Shown here in pieces: positions 39,723 through 50,455 of a DNA stretch of 64,000 bases. Each line of letters opens with the position of its first letter. Position 1 is the first letter of the stretch. The DNA comes from Gammaproteobacteria bacterium (GTDB lineage: Bacteria; Pseudomonadota; Gammaproteobacteria; GCA-002705445; GCA-002716945). The stretch covers positions 128,001 through 192,000 of the forward strand of contig JBJKYD010000009.1 of the NCBI GenBank assembly GCA_045561295.1, given 5' to 3'. The position numbers were made by a program, and so were the translations under genes. The notes below the pieces were generated by a model. It ran no database searches and was not told the DNA's origin. It saw nothing but the letters and a program-made list of their open reading frames with translations.

Positions 39723-41566
39723 ATGCCAAGCAATAATTTATCTAAAACCAAACAAAAAGAAATTAAAGAGCTCATTGAAAAAGGAAGATCGCAAGGATTC
39801 CTTACGATTGGAGAGATAAATGATCTTTTGCCTACTAATTTATATGATGCTGATCAAATAGATGGAATCATTAAATTAATCACGGATTTAAAAATTAAGG
39901 TTGTAGAAAGCAATAAAGATATACAAACAGAAGTCGTTATTGGAGATGAGGAGGTAACAGATGATGATGATAATGAGATCACTGAACAAGAAGCTGTAGA
40001 AGTATTATCTAATCTTGATGAAGAATTTGGAAGAACATCAGATCCTGTAAGAATGTACATGCGAGAAATGGGTACTGTTGAACTTCTAAATAGAGCTGGT
40101 GAGATAGTTATTGCCAAGAAAATTGAAGAAGGGCAAAAATTAATTTATCAAGCAATTCAAAGATTTCCATTATCAGTAAGCTATTTCTTGAAGTTATTTA
40201 AAGAAGAGGAAGAGTTAGAGGCACAAATTTCTGATTATATTCTGGATGTTAAAGAAAATTCTAACGAGGGATTCAGAACAGAACAGATACCTGAGGCTCC
40301 TGTAGCATCAGACAAATCTGATGAGATAAGCGAGACGGAGGAGGAGGAGGAAATAATTGATAATTCACCTGATAAAGAACTTGTATCTCAGAAAATATTA
40401 ATAATAAAAGAATATTTTGATAAATATAAATCTCAAAAAGATCAGATAAAAGCGGAAAAAATATTTGATAAAATAAAAGACGAAATTTCAAATTTTAAAT
40501 TTACTAGCCTTTTTATTGAAAAACTAATAGCTAAAATCCAAGATATTTCTAATAACATTGTGAAATATGAAAAAGAAATGTTTTCACTTTGTCTTAAACA
40601 AACGTCACTCTCTAAAAAAGAATTTGTTAAGCTCTTCAAAAATCATGAGACAGATATAAATATCCAAGAAGAAATTAAGAATAATCACCTCAAACCAGGT
40701 ACTGATGGAGGCACTTTTTTCGAAAGAATTTAGTAAAATTAATAAAAAGCTAACGCTTATCGAGTCTGGGACAGAGAATCAGTATTCAAGAAATTAAAGT
40801 TATCAATAAAGCTAGAAGAACTGGAGAGATTAAAGAGAGAAACGCCAAAAGAGAAATGGTTGAAGCGAATTTACGTTTGGTAATATCCATAGCTAAGAAA
40901 TACACTAATCGAGGATTACAATTCTTAGATTTAATTCAAGAGGGTAATATAGGCTTAATGAAAGCTGTGGATAAATTTGAGTATAGAAGAGGATATAAAT
41001 TTTCAACCTACGCAACTTGGTGGATTAGGCAAGCTATAACAAGGTCGATTGCCGATCAAGCGAGGACTATCCGAATACCGGTTCACATGATCGAAACAAT
41101 TAACAAACTGAATAGAATACAAAGAAAGCTTCTCCAAGAGAATGGTAAAGAAGCCTCGCCTGAGGAACTAGCTGAACATATGGATATGACTGAAGAAAAG
41201 GTTCGAAGGGTCCTAAAGATAGCGAAAGAACCTATATCTATGGAATCACCAGTAGGTGATGATGAAGATTCACATCTAGGTGACTTTATAGAAGATGAAA
41301 ATGCAGAAAAACCTTTAGAACAGACTATCAATGATGGTCTATCAGACTCAACACGTGATATTTTATCTAGTCTCACTCCAAGGGAAGCTAAAGTTTTAAG
41401 AATGCGGTTCGGCATTGATATGAATACTGACCATACACTAGAGGAAGTTGGTAAACAGTTTGATGTCACAAGAGAGAGAATAAGGCAAATAGAGGCAAAA
41501 GCTCTAAGAAAACTAAGACACCCATCACGTGCACAAAATCTTAAAAGTTTTTTAGATAATGACTAA
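39723..41566 (+). CDS. rpoD: Primary sigma factor sigma70, interrupted by two apparent frameshifts at about 40660-40795
   Basis: ORF 39723-40733 has regions 1.1/1.2 ([11 protein letters not shown]); ORF 40856-41566 has regions 2-4 ([21 protein letters not shown]); bridging homology is in a third frame. Confidence 0.93.
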
Positions 41567-42023
41567 TCTTGCAATTTTTGCTGCAGGATGTTTTTGGGGT
41601 ATCGAGGAAAAATTCTTATCACAACCTGGAGTATTAAATACAGAGGTTGGTTATATAGGCGGTGTAACAAAAAACCCAAATTATCAGGATGTTTGTGTTG
41701 GTAACACAGAACATGCAGAAGCAGTTCGAGTAAAGTTTGATAGTCAGGCTATTTCCTATGAAAGCTTATTAAAACTTTTTTTTGAGATACATGATCCAAC
41801 AACTTTAAATCGTCAAGGCCCTGATATCGGGACGCAATATAGATCTGAGATCTTTTGTCTAGATGAAGATCAATATTTAATCGCAGACACGTTCAAAAGA
41901 AATTTAAATAACGACAAGTTTAATGGTAATATTGTCACCTCAATAAGCATGGCTGGGACTTTTTGGATTGCTGAAGAATATCATCAGAAGTATATAAGAA
42001 AAAAGAAGAACATGATCTTATAA
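41559..42023 (+). CDS. msrA: Peptide methionine sulfoxide reductase A
   Basis: [30 protein letters not shown]. Confidence 0.97.
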   Translation: MTNLAIFAAGCFWGIEEKFLSQPGVLNTEVGYIGGVTKNPNYQDVCVGNTEHAEAVRVKFDSQAISYESLLKLFFEIHDPTTLNRQGPDIGTQYRSEIFCLDEDQYLIADTFKRNLNNDKFNGNIVTSISMAGTFWIAEEYHQKYIRKKKNMIL

Positions 42024-42034
42024 AAATTAAATTA

Positions 42035-42108
42035 GGGCCTGTAGCTCAGTTGGTTAGAGCAGTGGACTCATAATCCATTGGTCGCAGGTTCGAGTCCTGC
42101 CGGGCCCA
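42035..42108 (+). tRNA. tRNA-Ile2 (CAT anticodon, lysidine type); CCA not encoded
   Basis: GGGCCTG...CGGGCCC-A acceptor stem, D-arm AGCTCAGTTGGTTAGAGC, anticodon arm GTGGA-CTCATAA-TCCAT, GGTTCGAGTCC T-arm; resembles ileX, which also lies downstream of rpoD in other Gammaproteobacteria. Confidence 0.93.
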
Positions 42109-42116
42109 CAGAGAAT

Positions 42117-42884
42117 ATGGATAGTCTTGATAATTATAAAAAAGTAATTGAAGAACTGCAACAATCGCTTGCTTCGCATAGGCTTTTTTCTAGTACACTC
42201 AATGCAGATCAAGTAAGACAGTTTATGCAGTCTCATATATTTTCAGTATGGGGATTTATGAGTCTGCTTAAGGGGCTTCAATCAGGAATTACTGTCAATG
42301 ACATACCTTGGATGCCGAATCAAAATACTAAAAATGGACTGACTAATTTTATAAATGAAATTGTATTGTGTGAAGAAAGTGATGACATTGATGATATTGG
42401 GTATATATCTCACTTTGAAATTTATCTTTTAGCTATGGATAAAATGAATGCTAATGCCTCACAAATTAATCTTTTAACTGAAAGATTGAAAAGTGAAGAG
42501 TATGATAAAAAATTTATTGATGAATTAACCATATACGACGAAGTTAAGGATTTTATTAAATTTGATCTTGATATTGCACTATCAGGGAATTTACCAAAAA
42601 TTGTTGGCAGCTTCACACTTGGTAGAGAAAAAGTTATACCAAATATGTTTAGCTATATAGTCGCATGCATTGAATATAACAATTCAACAAAAAATCTACT
42701 TACTTACTTAAAAAGGCACATAAATATAGATGGAGATAGACATGGCCCACTATCTATTAAATTGCTTGATACGATTTGTGATACCGATGAAGCGTATGAG
42801 CTAGCATATAATTCCGGTATTACATCTTTACAGTTAAGGATTAAGGTATGGGATAGAATAGCTTCTGAACTTGGTATTGACTGA
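42117..42884 (+). CDS. DUF3050 family protein (heme-oxygenase-like fold)
   Basis: FMQSHIFSVWGFMSLLKGLQ, INEIVLCEESD, SHFEIYL, GREKVIPNMF, RHINIDGDRHGP; start revised to ATG 42117. Confidence 0.85.
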   Translation: MDSLDNYKKVIEELQQSLASHRLFSSTLNADQVRQFMQSHIFSVWGFMSLLKGLQSGITVNDIPWMPNQNTKNGLTNFINEIVLCEESDDIDDIGYISHFEIYLLAMDKMNANASQINLLTERLKSEEYDKKFIDELTIYDEVKDFIKFDLDIALSGNLPKIVGSFTLGREKVIPNMFSYIVACIEYNNSTKNLLTYLKRHINIDGDRHGPLSIKLLDTICDTDEAYELAYNSGITSLQLRIKVWDRIASELGID

Positions 42885-42909
42885 GTATCATAATATGATA
42901 ATATACTTA

Positions 42910-42960
42910 TATACAGACCTCCTCCGTATATAAAGAAGCCAGCAGGAAGCTGGCTTTTTT
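42910..42960 (+). ncRNA. Candidate small RNA containing an anti-Shine-Dalgarno tract (speculative)
   Basis: Promoter TTGACT-16-TGaTAATAT (42877-42904), then TATAC-AGACCTCCTCC-GTATA hairpin, then terminator. Confidence 0.35.
42936..42960 (+). terminator. Intrinsic terminator (possibly bidirectional)
   Basis: AAGCCAGC-aggaa-GCTGGCTT followed by a T run. Confidence 0.88.
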
Positions 42961-43513
42961 ATTCATAAAGTAGAAAAGTTCCTGTCTTGATTTCATATGA
43001 GGATACCTCTTCTTCAGTGTTGATGCCAAGCAGAACGCTAATTGCCCTTATTGTATTTCCGTGAGAGACAACTAATATATTTCCACTACTAGGTAATGAA
43101 TCAATAAAGCTCAATACTCTTAAGCTAACATCTTTTAAACTTTCTCCATTAGGTGGGCTTGTACTCCAACCTCTTCTAGCAGAAAAAAAAGCATCATCAC
43201 CAATTTTAGTTCTAACATCTGATTTATTTAATCCAGACCAGTCACCGTAACTTCTTTCTTTCAAACGATCATCATATGTTATGTCTACGTAATCACCTAC
43301 AATACTAATTGCTGTAGTCATTGCTCTTTGCAAAGGAGAACTAAATACATAATCGAATACGACATCTGATAATTCTTGCTTAAGATTTAAAGCTGCGCTC
43401 ATACCTTTTTCTGTTAATTGAGGATCATGCCATCCTGTAAAAAGATGTTTCTTGTTATATTCTGATTGAGCATGGCGTACAAACCATATTTTTCTAGTGC
43501 CTTGAGATTTCAT
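42959..43513 (-). CDS. gpmA: Histidine phosphatase family, probable 2,3-BPG-dependent phosphoglycerate mutase
   Basis: VRHAQSEYN..LFTGWHD, LKERSYG, PPNGESLKD, SHGNTIRA. Confidence 0.8.
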   Translation of the reverse strand: MKSQGTRKIWFVRHAQSEYNKKHLFTGWHDPQLTEKGMSAALNLKQELSDVVFDYVFSSPLQRAMTTAISIVGDYVDITYDDRLKERSYGDWSGLNKSDVRTKIGDDAFFSARRGWSTSPPNGESLKDVSLRVLSFIDSLPSSGNILVVSHGNTIRAISVLLGINTEEEVSSYEIKTGTFLLYE

Positions 43514-44301
43514 TTTTTATTTGCAATATCATTATATACTTCTTCATTATTATTAGATAATTTTCTTATTTTAAAATATTTTGAGGAGTGAAGACCGATT
43601 TCATATAATAGCCACATAGGCAAGGCAAGAAGTATTTGTGATATCACATCAGGTGGAGTCAGTAGCATACCAAGAGTAAAAGCACCCACTATGATATATG
43701 GTCTTTTTGAAGCAAGTTTTTCTCTTGTTGTAATACCAGACGTTATTAATAGTACTGTCACTATTGGTACCTCAAAGGAGAATCCAAATGCAAAAAATAA
43801 CGCTATTACAAAATCTAAATATCTTCCGATATCAGTCATGACAGCAACATCAGTTGGAGCAATACCAATGAAAAAAACGAATATTAAAGGAAATACTATG
43901 AAGTATGCAAATGACGCGCCTAGATAAAATAAAAAGCTGCTTGATAATATCAATGGAAAAATAAGTTTCTTTTCATGCGCGTACAGGCCAGGTGCAATGA
44001 ACGACCACAGATGATAGAGAATATATGGTATTACAATGAATATGGATAAATAAATAACTAGCTTAAAGGGAATTAAAAATGGTGATGCTACATCTATTGC
44101 AATCATCTCGCTGCCATCAGGAAGAGCATTCAAAAGAGGTATAGATAAAATATTATAAATCTCTCCTGAGAAAGGAATTAATAGTATAAATATTACTAAC
44201 ACAGATAATAGGATTTTAGTAAGCCTACTCCTAAGCTCTAATAGATGTGGAACGAATGAATTTTTAATCAGATTTTTCTGATTTGTCTGACTCTGACTCA
44301 T
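43510..44301 (-). CDS. tatC: Twin-arginine translocase subunit TatC
   Basis: HLLELRSRL, FIAPGLY, FEVP, LTPPDVISQ. Confidence 0.97.
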   Translation of the reverse strand: MSQSQTNQKNLIKNSFVPHLLELRSRLTKILLSVLVIFILLIPFSGEIYNILSIPLLNALPDGSEMIAIDVASPFLIPFKLVIYLSIFIVIPYILYHLWSFIAPGLYAHEKKLIFPLILSSSFLFYLGASFAYFIVFPLIFVFFIGIAPTDVAVMTDIGRYLDFVIALFFAFGFSFEVPIVTVLLITSGITTREKLASKRPYIIVGAFTLGMLLTPPDVISQILLALPMWLLYEIGLHSSKYFKIRKLSNNNEEVYNDIANKK

Positions 44302-44545
44302 ATTGTGTCTCTTTAATTCTTTTTTGTAATTCTGATATAGACAACTCTTGATCTTTCAATATTGATTTAATGTCAGTACTATCTACCTCGCTGTCAATTT
44401 GATCCTTTACTGAACTAAAGTAGCGTTGTACTTTACCGAACTGTTTACCAAGATAAGAGGCAACTTCTGGAAGCTTTTCAGGACCCAAGACAAAAAGTGT
44501 TAGGAGGAATAAAAAAAATAATTCCCAAAAACCTATATCAAACAT
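44264..44545 (-). CDS. tatB: Twin-arginine translocase subunit TatB
   Basis: MFDIGFWEL...LGPEKLP. Confidence 0.95.
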   Translation of the reverse strand: MFDIGFWELFFLFLLTLFVLGPEKLPEVASYLGKQFGKVQRYFSSVKDQIDSEVDSTDIKSILKDQELSISELQKRIKETQYESESDKSEKSD

Positions 44546-44547
44546 CG

Positions 44548-44739
44548 TTAAGTATTTTTATTTTGATTATCATCGTCAATTGTTTTATTGCTAGTAGAGT
44601 CTTCTTTTGAGGACTTTTTGAAACTCTTCATCGCTGCTCCTAAATCAGCACCAACGTTTCTAAGTTTCTTTGTACCAAACAATACAACAACTATGATTAA
44701 AATAAGTAATATTGACCATGGAGATATTCCGCTTAACAT
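44548..44739 (-). CDS. tatA: Twin-arginine translocase subunit TatA
   Basis: [23 protein letters not shown]. Confidence 0.96.
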   Translation of the reverse strand: MLSGISPWSILLILIIVVVLFGTKKLRNVGADLGAAMKSFKKSSKEDSTSNKTIDDDNQNKNT

Positions 44740-44751
44740 TTTACTACCTCA

Positions 44752-45063
44752 TCATTTTCTATTTTTTTTCTCTTCTATACCAGAAGTACCAAATCTACTC
44801 TCTAATTCCTCTAATATCCTAACATATTTAATGTCATGTGAAGCTAATAATACAAGTACATGAAATAATAAATCTGCAGATTCATGGATAATTTGATTTT
44901 CACTTTGTCTTGTAGCTTCTACAAGCTCACTAGCTTCTTCAACCACTTTATTACAAATATGATTATTGCCTTTTTTATATAATGAAGCGATATAAGAATC
45001 TTTAGGGTTTGAAGATTTTCTATCTTCTAAAATTTTGTCTAGTCTATCTAATATATCTTTCAT
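44752..45063 (-). CDS. hisE: Phosphoribosyl-ATP pyrophosphatase
   Basis: SYIASLY, KVVEEASE, ESADLLFH, RFGTSGIEEK. Confidence 0.96.
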   Translation of the reverse strand: MKDILDRLDKILEDRKSSNPKDSYIASLYKKGNNHICNKVVEEASELVEATRQSENQIIHESADLLFHVLVLLASHDIKYVRILEELESRFGTSGIEEKKNRK

Positions 45064-45080
45064 TCAATCCTCACAAAAAA

Positions 45081-45836
45081 TTATCTTACTGAAATACCTT
45101 TGGCTTTCAAGTACTCTTTAGCCTGACTTATCGTATATTCTCCAAAATGAAAAATACTTGCTGCCAACACGGCGTCTGCATTTCCTCTAACAATTGCTTG
45201 ATATAAATGATCTAAGTTCCCAGCTCCACCAGATGCTATTACTGGTATAGTAACATTATTTGAAATTTTACTAAGTATCTCAACATCAAATCCATCTTTA
45301 GTTCCATCTTTGTCCATACTCGTCAATAAGATTTCACCAGCTCCTCTTTTTTGACATTCAAGACACCAATCATAGGCTTTAAGGTTAGTTTGTGTTCTAC
45401 CGCCATGTGTAAAAACAATATAATCATTATCAATTTTTTTCACATCTACAGCTACAACTATACATTGTCTCCCAATCTTATCAGTTACATCATCGATCAT
45501 ATCAGGATTAGACACAGCAGCAGTATTTATTGTAACTTTATCCGCACCTACAGATAATAAAGCTCTTACATCATTAAAGTTTTTAACGCCACCGCCAACA
45601 GTCAGAGGTATAAATACTTCATCAGCTACTCTTTCAACTACGCTCAATATATTATTACGACCCTCATGTGATGCGGTAATGTCCAGGAAGGTTATTTCAT
45701 CTGCACCCTCATTATCGTATTTTTGAGCAATTTCCACAGGGTCTCCTGCATCCACGATATCTATAAAGTTTGTCCCTTTTACAACCCTGCCTTTGTCGAC
45801 ATCTAAACAAGGAATAATTCTTTTAGCTACACTCAT
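45081..45836 (-). CDS. hisF: Imidazole glycerol phosphate synthase cyclase subunit
   Basis: [25 protein letters not shown]; start revised to ATG 45836. Confidence 0.97.
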   Translation of the reverse strand: MSVAKRIIPCLDVDKGRVVKGTNFIDIVDAGDPVEIAQKYDNEGADEITFLDITASHEGRNNILSVVERVADEVFIPLTVGGGVKNFNDVRALLSVGADKVTINTAAVSNPDMIDDVTDKIGRQCIVVAVDVKKIDNDYIVFTHGGRTQTNLKAYDWCLECQKRGAGEILLTSMDKDGTKDGFDVEILSKISNNVTIPVIASGGAGNLDHLYQAIVRGNADAVLAASIFHFGEYTISQAKEYLKAKGISVR

Positions 45837-46548
45837 CAATAGCCTCAGACAGTTTGATAGAATCTTCATAAAGTGCTTTGCCTATTATCATTCCATTAAT
45901 TTTTGATTTATCCATAGATAATATAGTTCTTACATCATCCATAGTTGTAACCCCTCCTGATATGATTGCGCTTGTAGTGATATAATTTAATATAGAATTT
46001 ATTGAATTTTTACTTATGCCTTTCATCATTCCATCCTTGCTTATATCAGTGATGATAAACATTTTAATCTCATTGATTTCAAGATATTCAATAAAAGATT
46101 TTATATTCTCACTTTCAGTTTTTTCCCAACCATCGCCAGCAAGTTTACCGTCTTTAACAGCAATATCTATAGCAATACGTTGCCTAATGCTTTTGTCCAA
46201 AGATAAAATAAATTCTTTATTCTTTAAAACTTTTGTACCAAGAATAATTCGATCCACACCATGACTAATGTACTTTTCTATAGTGTCTATAGTTCTAATT
46301 CCTCCACCAACCTGCATGAAAATATTTGGGAATGATTTTCTTATATCAAGAATATTTTCAATATTAGTAGGGATACCAGCCTTAGCTCCATCAAGGTCAA
46401 CTATATGTATGAATTTGGTTCCATCTCTAATCCAATTTTTTGTAATGTCATTTAGATTTTCTGAGTAAATTGTTTTTAAAGTGTAGTCTCCCCTTGAAAG
46501 TCGAACGCATTTACTGTCTATAATGTCAATTGCAGGATATATAATCAT
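45823..46548 (-). CDS. hisA: ProFAR isomerase
   Basis: [27 protein letters not shown]. Confidence 0.96.
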   Translation of the reverse strand: MIIYPAIDIIDSKCVRLSRGDYTLKTIYSENLNDITKNWIRDGTKFIHIVDLDGAKAGIPTNIENILDIRKSFPNIFMQVGGGIRTIDTIEKYISHGVDRIILGTKVLKNKEFILSLDKSIRQRIAIDIAVKDGKLAGDGWEKTESENIKSFIEYLEINEIKMFIITDISKDGMMKGISKNSINSILNYITTSAIISGGVTTMDDVRTILSMDKSKINGMIIGKALYEDSIKLSEAIDECS

Positions 46549-47180
46549 GTTAATTTTTCTGACCAGTTGATAAAGTTTGATAAGAGCTGTAAGCCATGTT
46601 TGGAACTTTTTTCAGGGTGGAATTGGCAAGCAAAAATATTATCTTTAAGAATGGCAGATGTAAAATTTATCTCGTAATCAGAATCTGAAAGTATATTAGT
46701 TTCAGTAGTTGCCTTCGCATAATAACTATGAACAAAATAAAAAAAAGATTTATCGGGAATGTTTTCCCAAAGAATATGATTATATTTTTGGTTTACTTTA
46801 TTCCAACCCATATGTGGAACTTTCATATCTTTTTTTATAGTGCTTCTAAAATCTTTCACATCTCCAGTTATTAAAGAAAAACAATCAACGCCATCATTCT
46901 CAAATGATTTTTCAAAAAGAATTTGAAACCCAAGGCATATTCCCAGAAAGGGCTTATTCATAATGTGTGTTTTAAGATTTGGAAAGTCAGACGCAAGTTT
47001 TTCTATACATGAATTAGCTGCACCCTGCCCAGGAAGAACAAGTAATGATGCATCTTCAATGTCCCTTGAAGAATATGCTATAGAAAGATTATAATTTTTA
47101 TTAATGACTTTTTTTAATGATTTTAAAACACTATGGAGATTACTCATCCCATAATCTATAACAGCAATATTTTTCATCAA
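46545..47180 (-). CDS. hisH: Imidazole glycerol phosphate synthase glutaminase subunit
   Basis: [26 protein letters not shown]. Confidence 0.96.
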   Translation of the reverse strand: MMKNIAVIDYGMSNLHSVLKSLKKVINKNYNLSIAYSSRDIEDASLLVLPGQGAANSCIEKLASDFPNLKTHIMNKPFLGICLGFQILFEKSFENDGVDCFSLITGDVKDFRSTIKKDMKVPHMGWNKVNQKYNHILWENIPDKSFFYFVHSYYAKATTETNILSDSDYEINFTSAILKDNIFACQFHPEKSSKHGLQLLSNFINWSEKLT

Positions 47181-47764
47181 AGAAATTCTTTAGTCGACGG
47201 TATCTTATTTATATTTTGTTTGTCAAAAGAGATGGCCATCTTTAAAGCTTTACCGAATGCTTTGAATATTGTCTCCGCTATATGGTGAGCATTCTTTCCT
47301 CTAATATTATCAATATGAATAGTAGCTTTAGCATGATTACTAAAGCCATGAAAAAATTCACTCAAAAGTTCAACATCAAATTCTCCTACTCTTGCTCTTG
47401 GGTAGGTTGCATTATATATAAGACCTGGTCGACCTGAAAAATCTATAACAACTCGTGACAAAGCTTCATCAAGAGGGATATAAGCATAGCCAAATCTATG
47501 AATTCCTTTCTTATCACCAAGAGCCTTATCGAATGCAGCACCCAGTGTAATTCCAATATCTTCTACAGTATGATGAGCATCTATTTCAAGATCACCTTTT
47601 GCATTTAAGTCAAGATCTATTGAGGAATAACGAGTAGTTTGATCAAGCATGTGTTCCAAAAAAGGTAAATTTGCAGAGAGATTGCTATTACCTGAGCCAT
47701 CAAGGTTTAAAGAAAGGGTAATGTCTGTTTCCTTAGTTTTTCTACTTTCCTGAATTTTTCTCAT
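47177..47764 (-). CDS. hisB: Imidazoleglycerol-phosphate dehydratase (monofunctional)
   Basis: [27 protein letters not shown]. Confidence 0.97.
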   Translation of the reverse strand: MRKIQESRKTKETDITLSLNLDGSGNSNLSANLPFLEHMLDQTTRYSSIDLDLNAKGDLEIDAHHTVEDIGITLGAAFDKALGDKKGIHRFGYAYIPLDEALSRVVIDFSGRPGLIYNATYPRARVGEFDVELLSEFFHGFSNHAKATIHIDNIRGKNAHHIAETIFKAFGKALKMAISFDKQNINKIPSTKEFL

Positions 47765-47780
47765 GTCATATATTAATATA

Positions 47781-48557
47781 TTATTGATTACTTAGCCATT
47801 TCTTTACAAAAGTTATAACTCTCTCGCTATTATCTGTATGATAATGATCTGATGATTTTATTTTAATCTGTTGTGATTTAGCACTTGTTTCTTTTATAAG
47901 TTGCTTTCTTTTATTCGCATTTTTCAAAACTAAATTAAAATCATTTTCACCAAATAAATCTAGTATTGGAACTTGTATCTTACCATAAGGATATTCGTAA
48001 ATAAGTTTTTCTCCTTTATCTACAGCCCCACTTCCAATTAAAACTAAGGAACTTATATTGTTAGTAAAGTTTTTATTTTGTATAAATGACATCAGCATAT
48101 GCACGCCACAGCTGTGTGCAATTATTATTACTTTATTATTTTTTTTATATATATGTTCAAGTGCAGATAATATTCTTTCGTCTGAATCATAAAATATTTT
48201 TGTATATTCTAAATATGTAGATTGTTTTTTTAATACTGGCAATTGAAGGCTATATGTGTTGTAAAGATTACTCAATGTGACTCTTACAGGGTATGCCAAA
48301 TTTTGTTCATTAGGGCTTAACCCCCTCCCGTGTAAAAATAATACTGCAGTGTTATGATCCTCATTATATACTTCTAACATTGAATATTTCCCGAACTTGT
48401 AATCTATATAAAGATGTTTTCCATCAAATATCTCACTTAAGCTTTGTTCATATATCATTGACTCTCTAGATTTATCTGGAATATATATATGAGTGCAATG
48501 AACAATAAATGGAATTATCAGAAAAAATGTTATGATTCTAAACAACAAGTTCATCAA
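47781..48557 (-). CDS. Exported alpha/beta hydrolase (DUF3530-like)
   Basis: N-terminal hydrophobic segment, [14 protein letters not shown] nucleophile elbow, [10 protein letters not shown]. Confidence 0.7.
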   Translation of the reverse strand: MMNLLFRIITFFLIIPFIVHCTHIYIPDKSRESMIYEQSLSEIFDGKHLYIDYKFGKYSMLEVYNEDHNTAVLFLHGRGLSPNEQNLAYPVRVTLSNLYNTYSLQLPVLKKQSTYLEYTKIFYDSDERILSALEHIYKKNNKVIIIAHSCGVHMLMSFIQNKNFTNNISSLVLIGSGAVDKGEKLIYEYPYGKIQVPILDLFGENDFNLVLKNANKRKQLIKETSAKSQQIKIKSSDHYHTDNSERVITFVKKWLSNQ

Positions 48558-49476
48558 ATATACTCAATATTTCTTTACTAATTGTCGGCTCTAAAAGTGA
48601 GTGCCCAGCGTCCTCAGCAACGATTAGTCTAGACTTTGGATAAACCTGATTAAGATCATATGCCTGTCTAATAGGACATACAACGTCATACTGACCATGG
48701 ACGATTGTACATGGTATTCCTAAAATTTTATCTATATTTTTTATAATTTGATTCTCTTCAATAAAGCAGTCATTGACAAAGAAATGAGACTCGATTCTAG
48801 CAAGTGATACTGAGCACTCATCAAATGCATCAACCACATTGCGAGTGGGATATAAACAAGAGGATCTACCTTCCCATAATGACCATTCTTTACAAGCCTT
48901 GTTGGCAAGTTTTTCATCATCAGAAAATATCATTTTGTGATACTCAGATAGAATATCATCTGTCATAGCTTTATCTACTATAGAGATATAATTTTCCCAG
49001 TACGCAGGATATATCTCAGAGGCGCCATATTGATAAAACCATTGGATATCATTTTTTCTGCACAGAAACACACCTCTTAATACCAAGGAGATAACTCTCT
49101 CCGGATATGTTTCAGCATAAAGTAGTGCTAGTGTTGATCCCCACGAGCCACCATAAATATAAAACTTTTCAATACTTAGATAGTCTGAGATTGAGTTTAT
49201 GTCAGCTATTAGATGATTAGTTGAATTTTCTGAAACCTCTCCATAAGGTGTGGACTTCCCACAGCCTCTTTGGTCGAACATTATTAAGTGATACTTTTCA
49301 GGATTGAAATATTTTTGGTAAATTGGAGATGTTCCCGCTCCTGGTCCTCCATGTAAAAAAATTAATGGTGCGCCATTTTTATTTCCATATTCTTCAATAT
49401 AGATCTCATGGATATCGCTAACTTTAATTCGATGAGTATCAAAAGGTTTATTAATATTATAAAAATTCATATACAA
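48538..49476 (-). CDS. pip: Proline iminopeptidase
   Basis: LHGGPG, FDQRGCG, GGSWGS, HGQYD, AGHS. Confidence 0.95.
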   Translation of the reverse strand: MYMNFYNINKPFDTHRIKVSDIHEIYIEEYGNKNGAPLIFLHGGPGAGTSPIYQKYFNPEKYHLIMFDQRGCGKSTPYGEVSENSTNHLIADINSISDYLSIEKFYIYGGSWGSTLALLYAETYPERVISLVLRGVFLCRKNDIQWFYQYGASEIYPAYWENYISIVDKAMTDDILSEYHKMIFSDDEKLANKACKEWSLWEGRSSCLYPTRNVVDAFDECSVSLARIESHFFVNDCFIEENQIIKNIDKILGIPCTIVHGQYDVVCPIRQAYDLNQVYPKSRLIVAEDAGHSLLEPTISKEILSIFDELVV

Positions 49477-50451
49477 TTATATCTTATAAATATCACTTCC
49501 ATCAGGTCTGTTCTTATAAATTCTAAGTGTCCACATGTATTGCATTTTATTAATCATAATTTGTTTTTCTAGTACAGAATTTATCTTAGCACAATCATCC
49601 TGAAGATTGTCTGATGGAAAATTTTCAAGTTCAGGAAATACTTGAAAATGATACTTCTGCTTTTTTATGTCATAAGTGCATGTACATGGCAGAACTCTAG
49701 ATTTTGTAATTTTTGCAAGTTTACTAACAGACTTGAGTGCAGTTTTTTGAGTATCAAAAAAATTAGAAAACAGTGAATCTTCCATACTTATATCCTCGTC
49801 TGCAAGCAAATAAAATACACTAGGTTTTCTCATATTTTTAATAATAGTTTTCATACGAATCTTGTCACGAGGATAGATCACAACTTTATCAGTATCTTTA
49901 CTTCTTGATCTACCAATGAACCAATTCAATAGCTCATTTTTAAAAGGTTTATACATACTTAATAAGTCATACTTAGATAATGCTCGACCACCAAAATCTA
50001 ATGATAACGTGTGAGGTGCTAATAAAATTATACTCTGATCTTTCTGTAAATTGTCGTCTATTAAGTTTAAACCTTTTTTGTCAATCAATTTTTGTAGTGC
50101 CCTATCACTCTTCCACCAAAGTAAAGGTAAATTAATGTACATATGCCCAAGGTTTCTAAAAAATAATTTAGATAACTTAGTTCGATCTTCTTGACTTAAC
50201 TCGTCAAATGTTAGCTTCATATTTATCTCAACAATATCTTTTTTTGATTTACCAAAATTATATAAAACCTTACCTATTAGTTCACCAAGTAGGGCTCTTA
50301 GATATTTTGGTAAGTATGCAACTAGAAAACTTAGGCCAAGAAAACTCCATGTGAGCCAATATCTTGGATAAAAATATTTGTATTCAAAAATCTCTCCATT
50401 AACTTCTGATTCACCAAACGGATTATTTTTTGATATAAAAGGTTTTGACAT
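49477..50451 (-). CDS. Lipid A late acyltransferase (LpxL/LpxM family)
   Basis: PRYWLTW, PHTLSLD catalytic HxxxxD, QYMW..RIYKNRP. Confidence 0.85.
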   Translation of the reverse strand: MSKPFISKNNPFGESEVNGEIFEYKYFYPRYWLTWSFLGLSFLVAYLPKYLRALLGELIGKVLYNFGKSKKDIVEINMKLTFDELSQEDRTKLSKLFFRNLGHMYINLPLLWWKSDRALQKLIDKKGLNLIDDNLQKDQSIILLAPHTLSLDFGGRALSKYDLLSMYKPFKNELLNWFIGRSRSKDTDKVVIYPRDKIRMKTIIKNMRKPSVFYLLADEDISMEDSLFSNFFDTQKTALKSVSKLAKITKSRVLPCTCTYDIKKQKYHFQVFPELENFPSDNLQDDCAKINSVLEKQIMINKMQYMWTLRIYKNRPDGSDIYKI

Positions 50452-50455
50452 CTAT

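Noticed and set aside
40336-40352. GGA/GAG triplet run as a regulatory repeat
   Set aside because: Encodes the acidic EEEEE stretch in the sigma70 non-conserved region.
42035-42108. tRNA-Met or fMet assignment for the CAT tRNA
   Set aside because: First base pair is G-C and there are no three consecutive G-C pairs at the base of the anticodon stem, so not initiator; sequence and position resemble ileX. Elongator Met is not formally excluded.
42054-42236. 60-aa minus-strand ORF and the 42078 N-terminal extension of DUF3050
   Set aside because: Both overlap the tRNA gene; typical tRNA shadow ORFs.
42109-42958. Genomic island integrated at the tRNA
   Set aside because: No integrase and no duplicated tRNA 3' end seen; only a single gene of ordinary composition follows.
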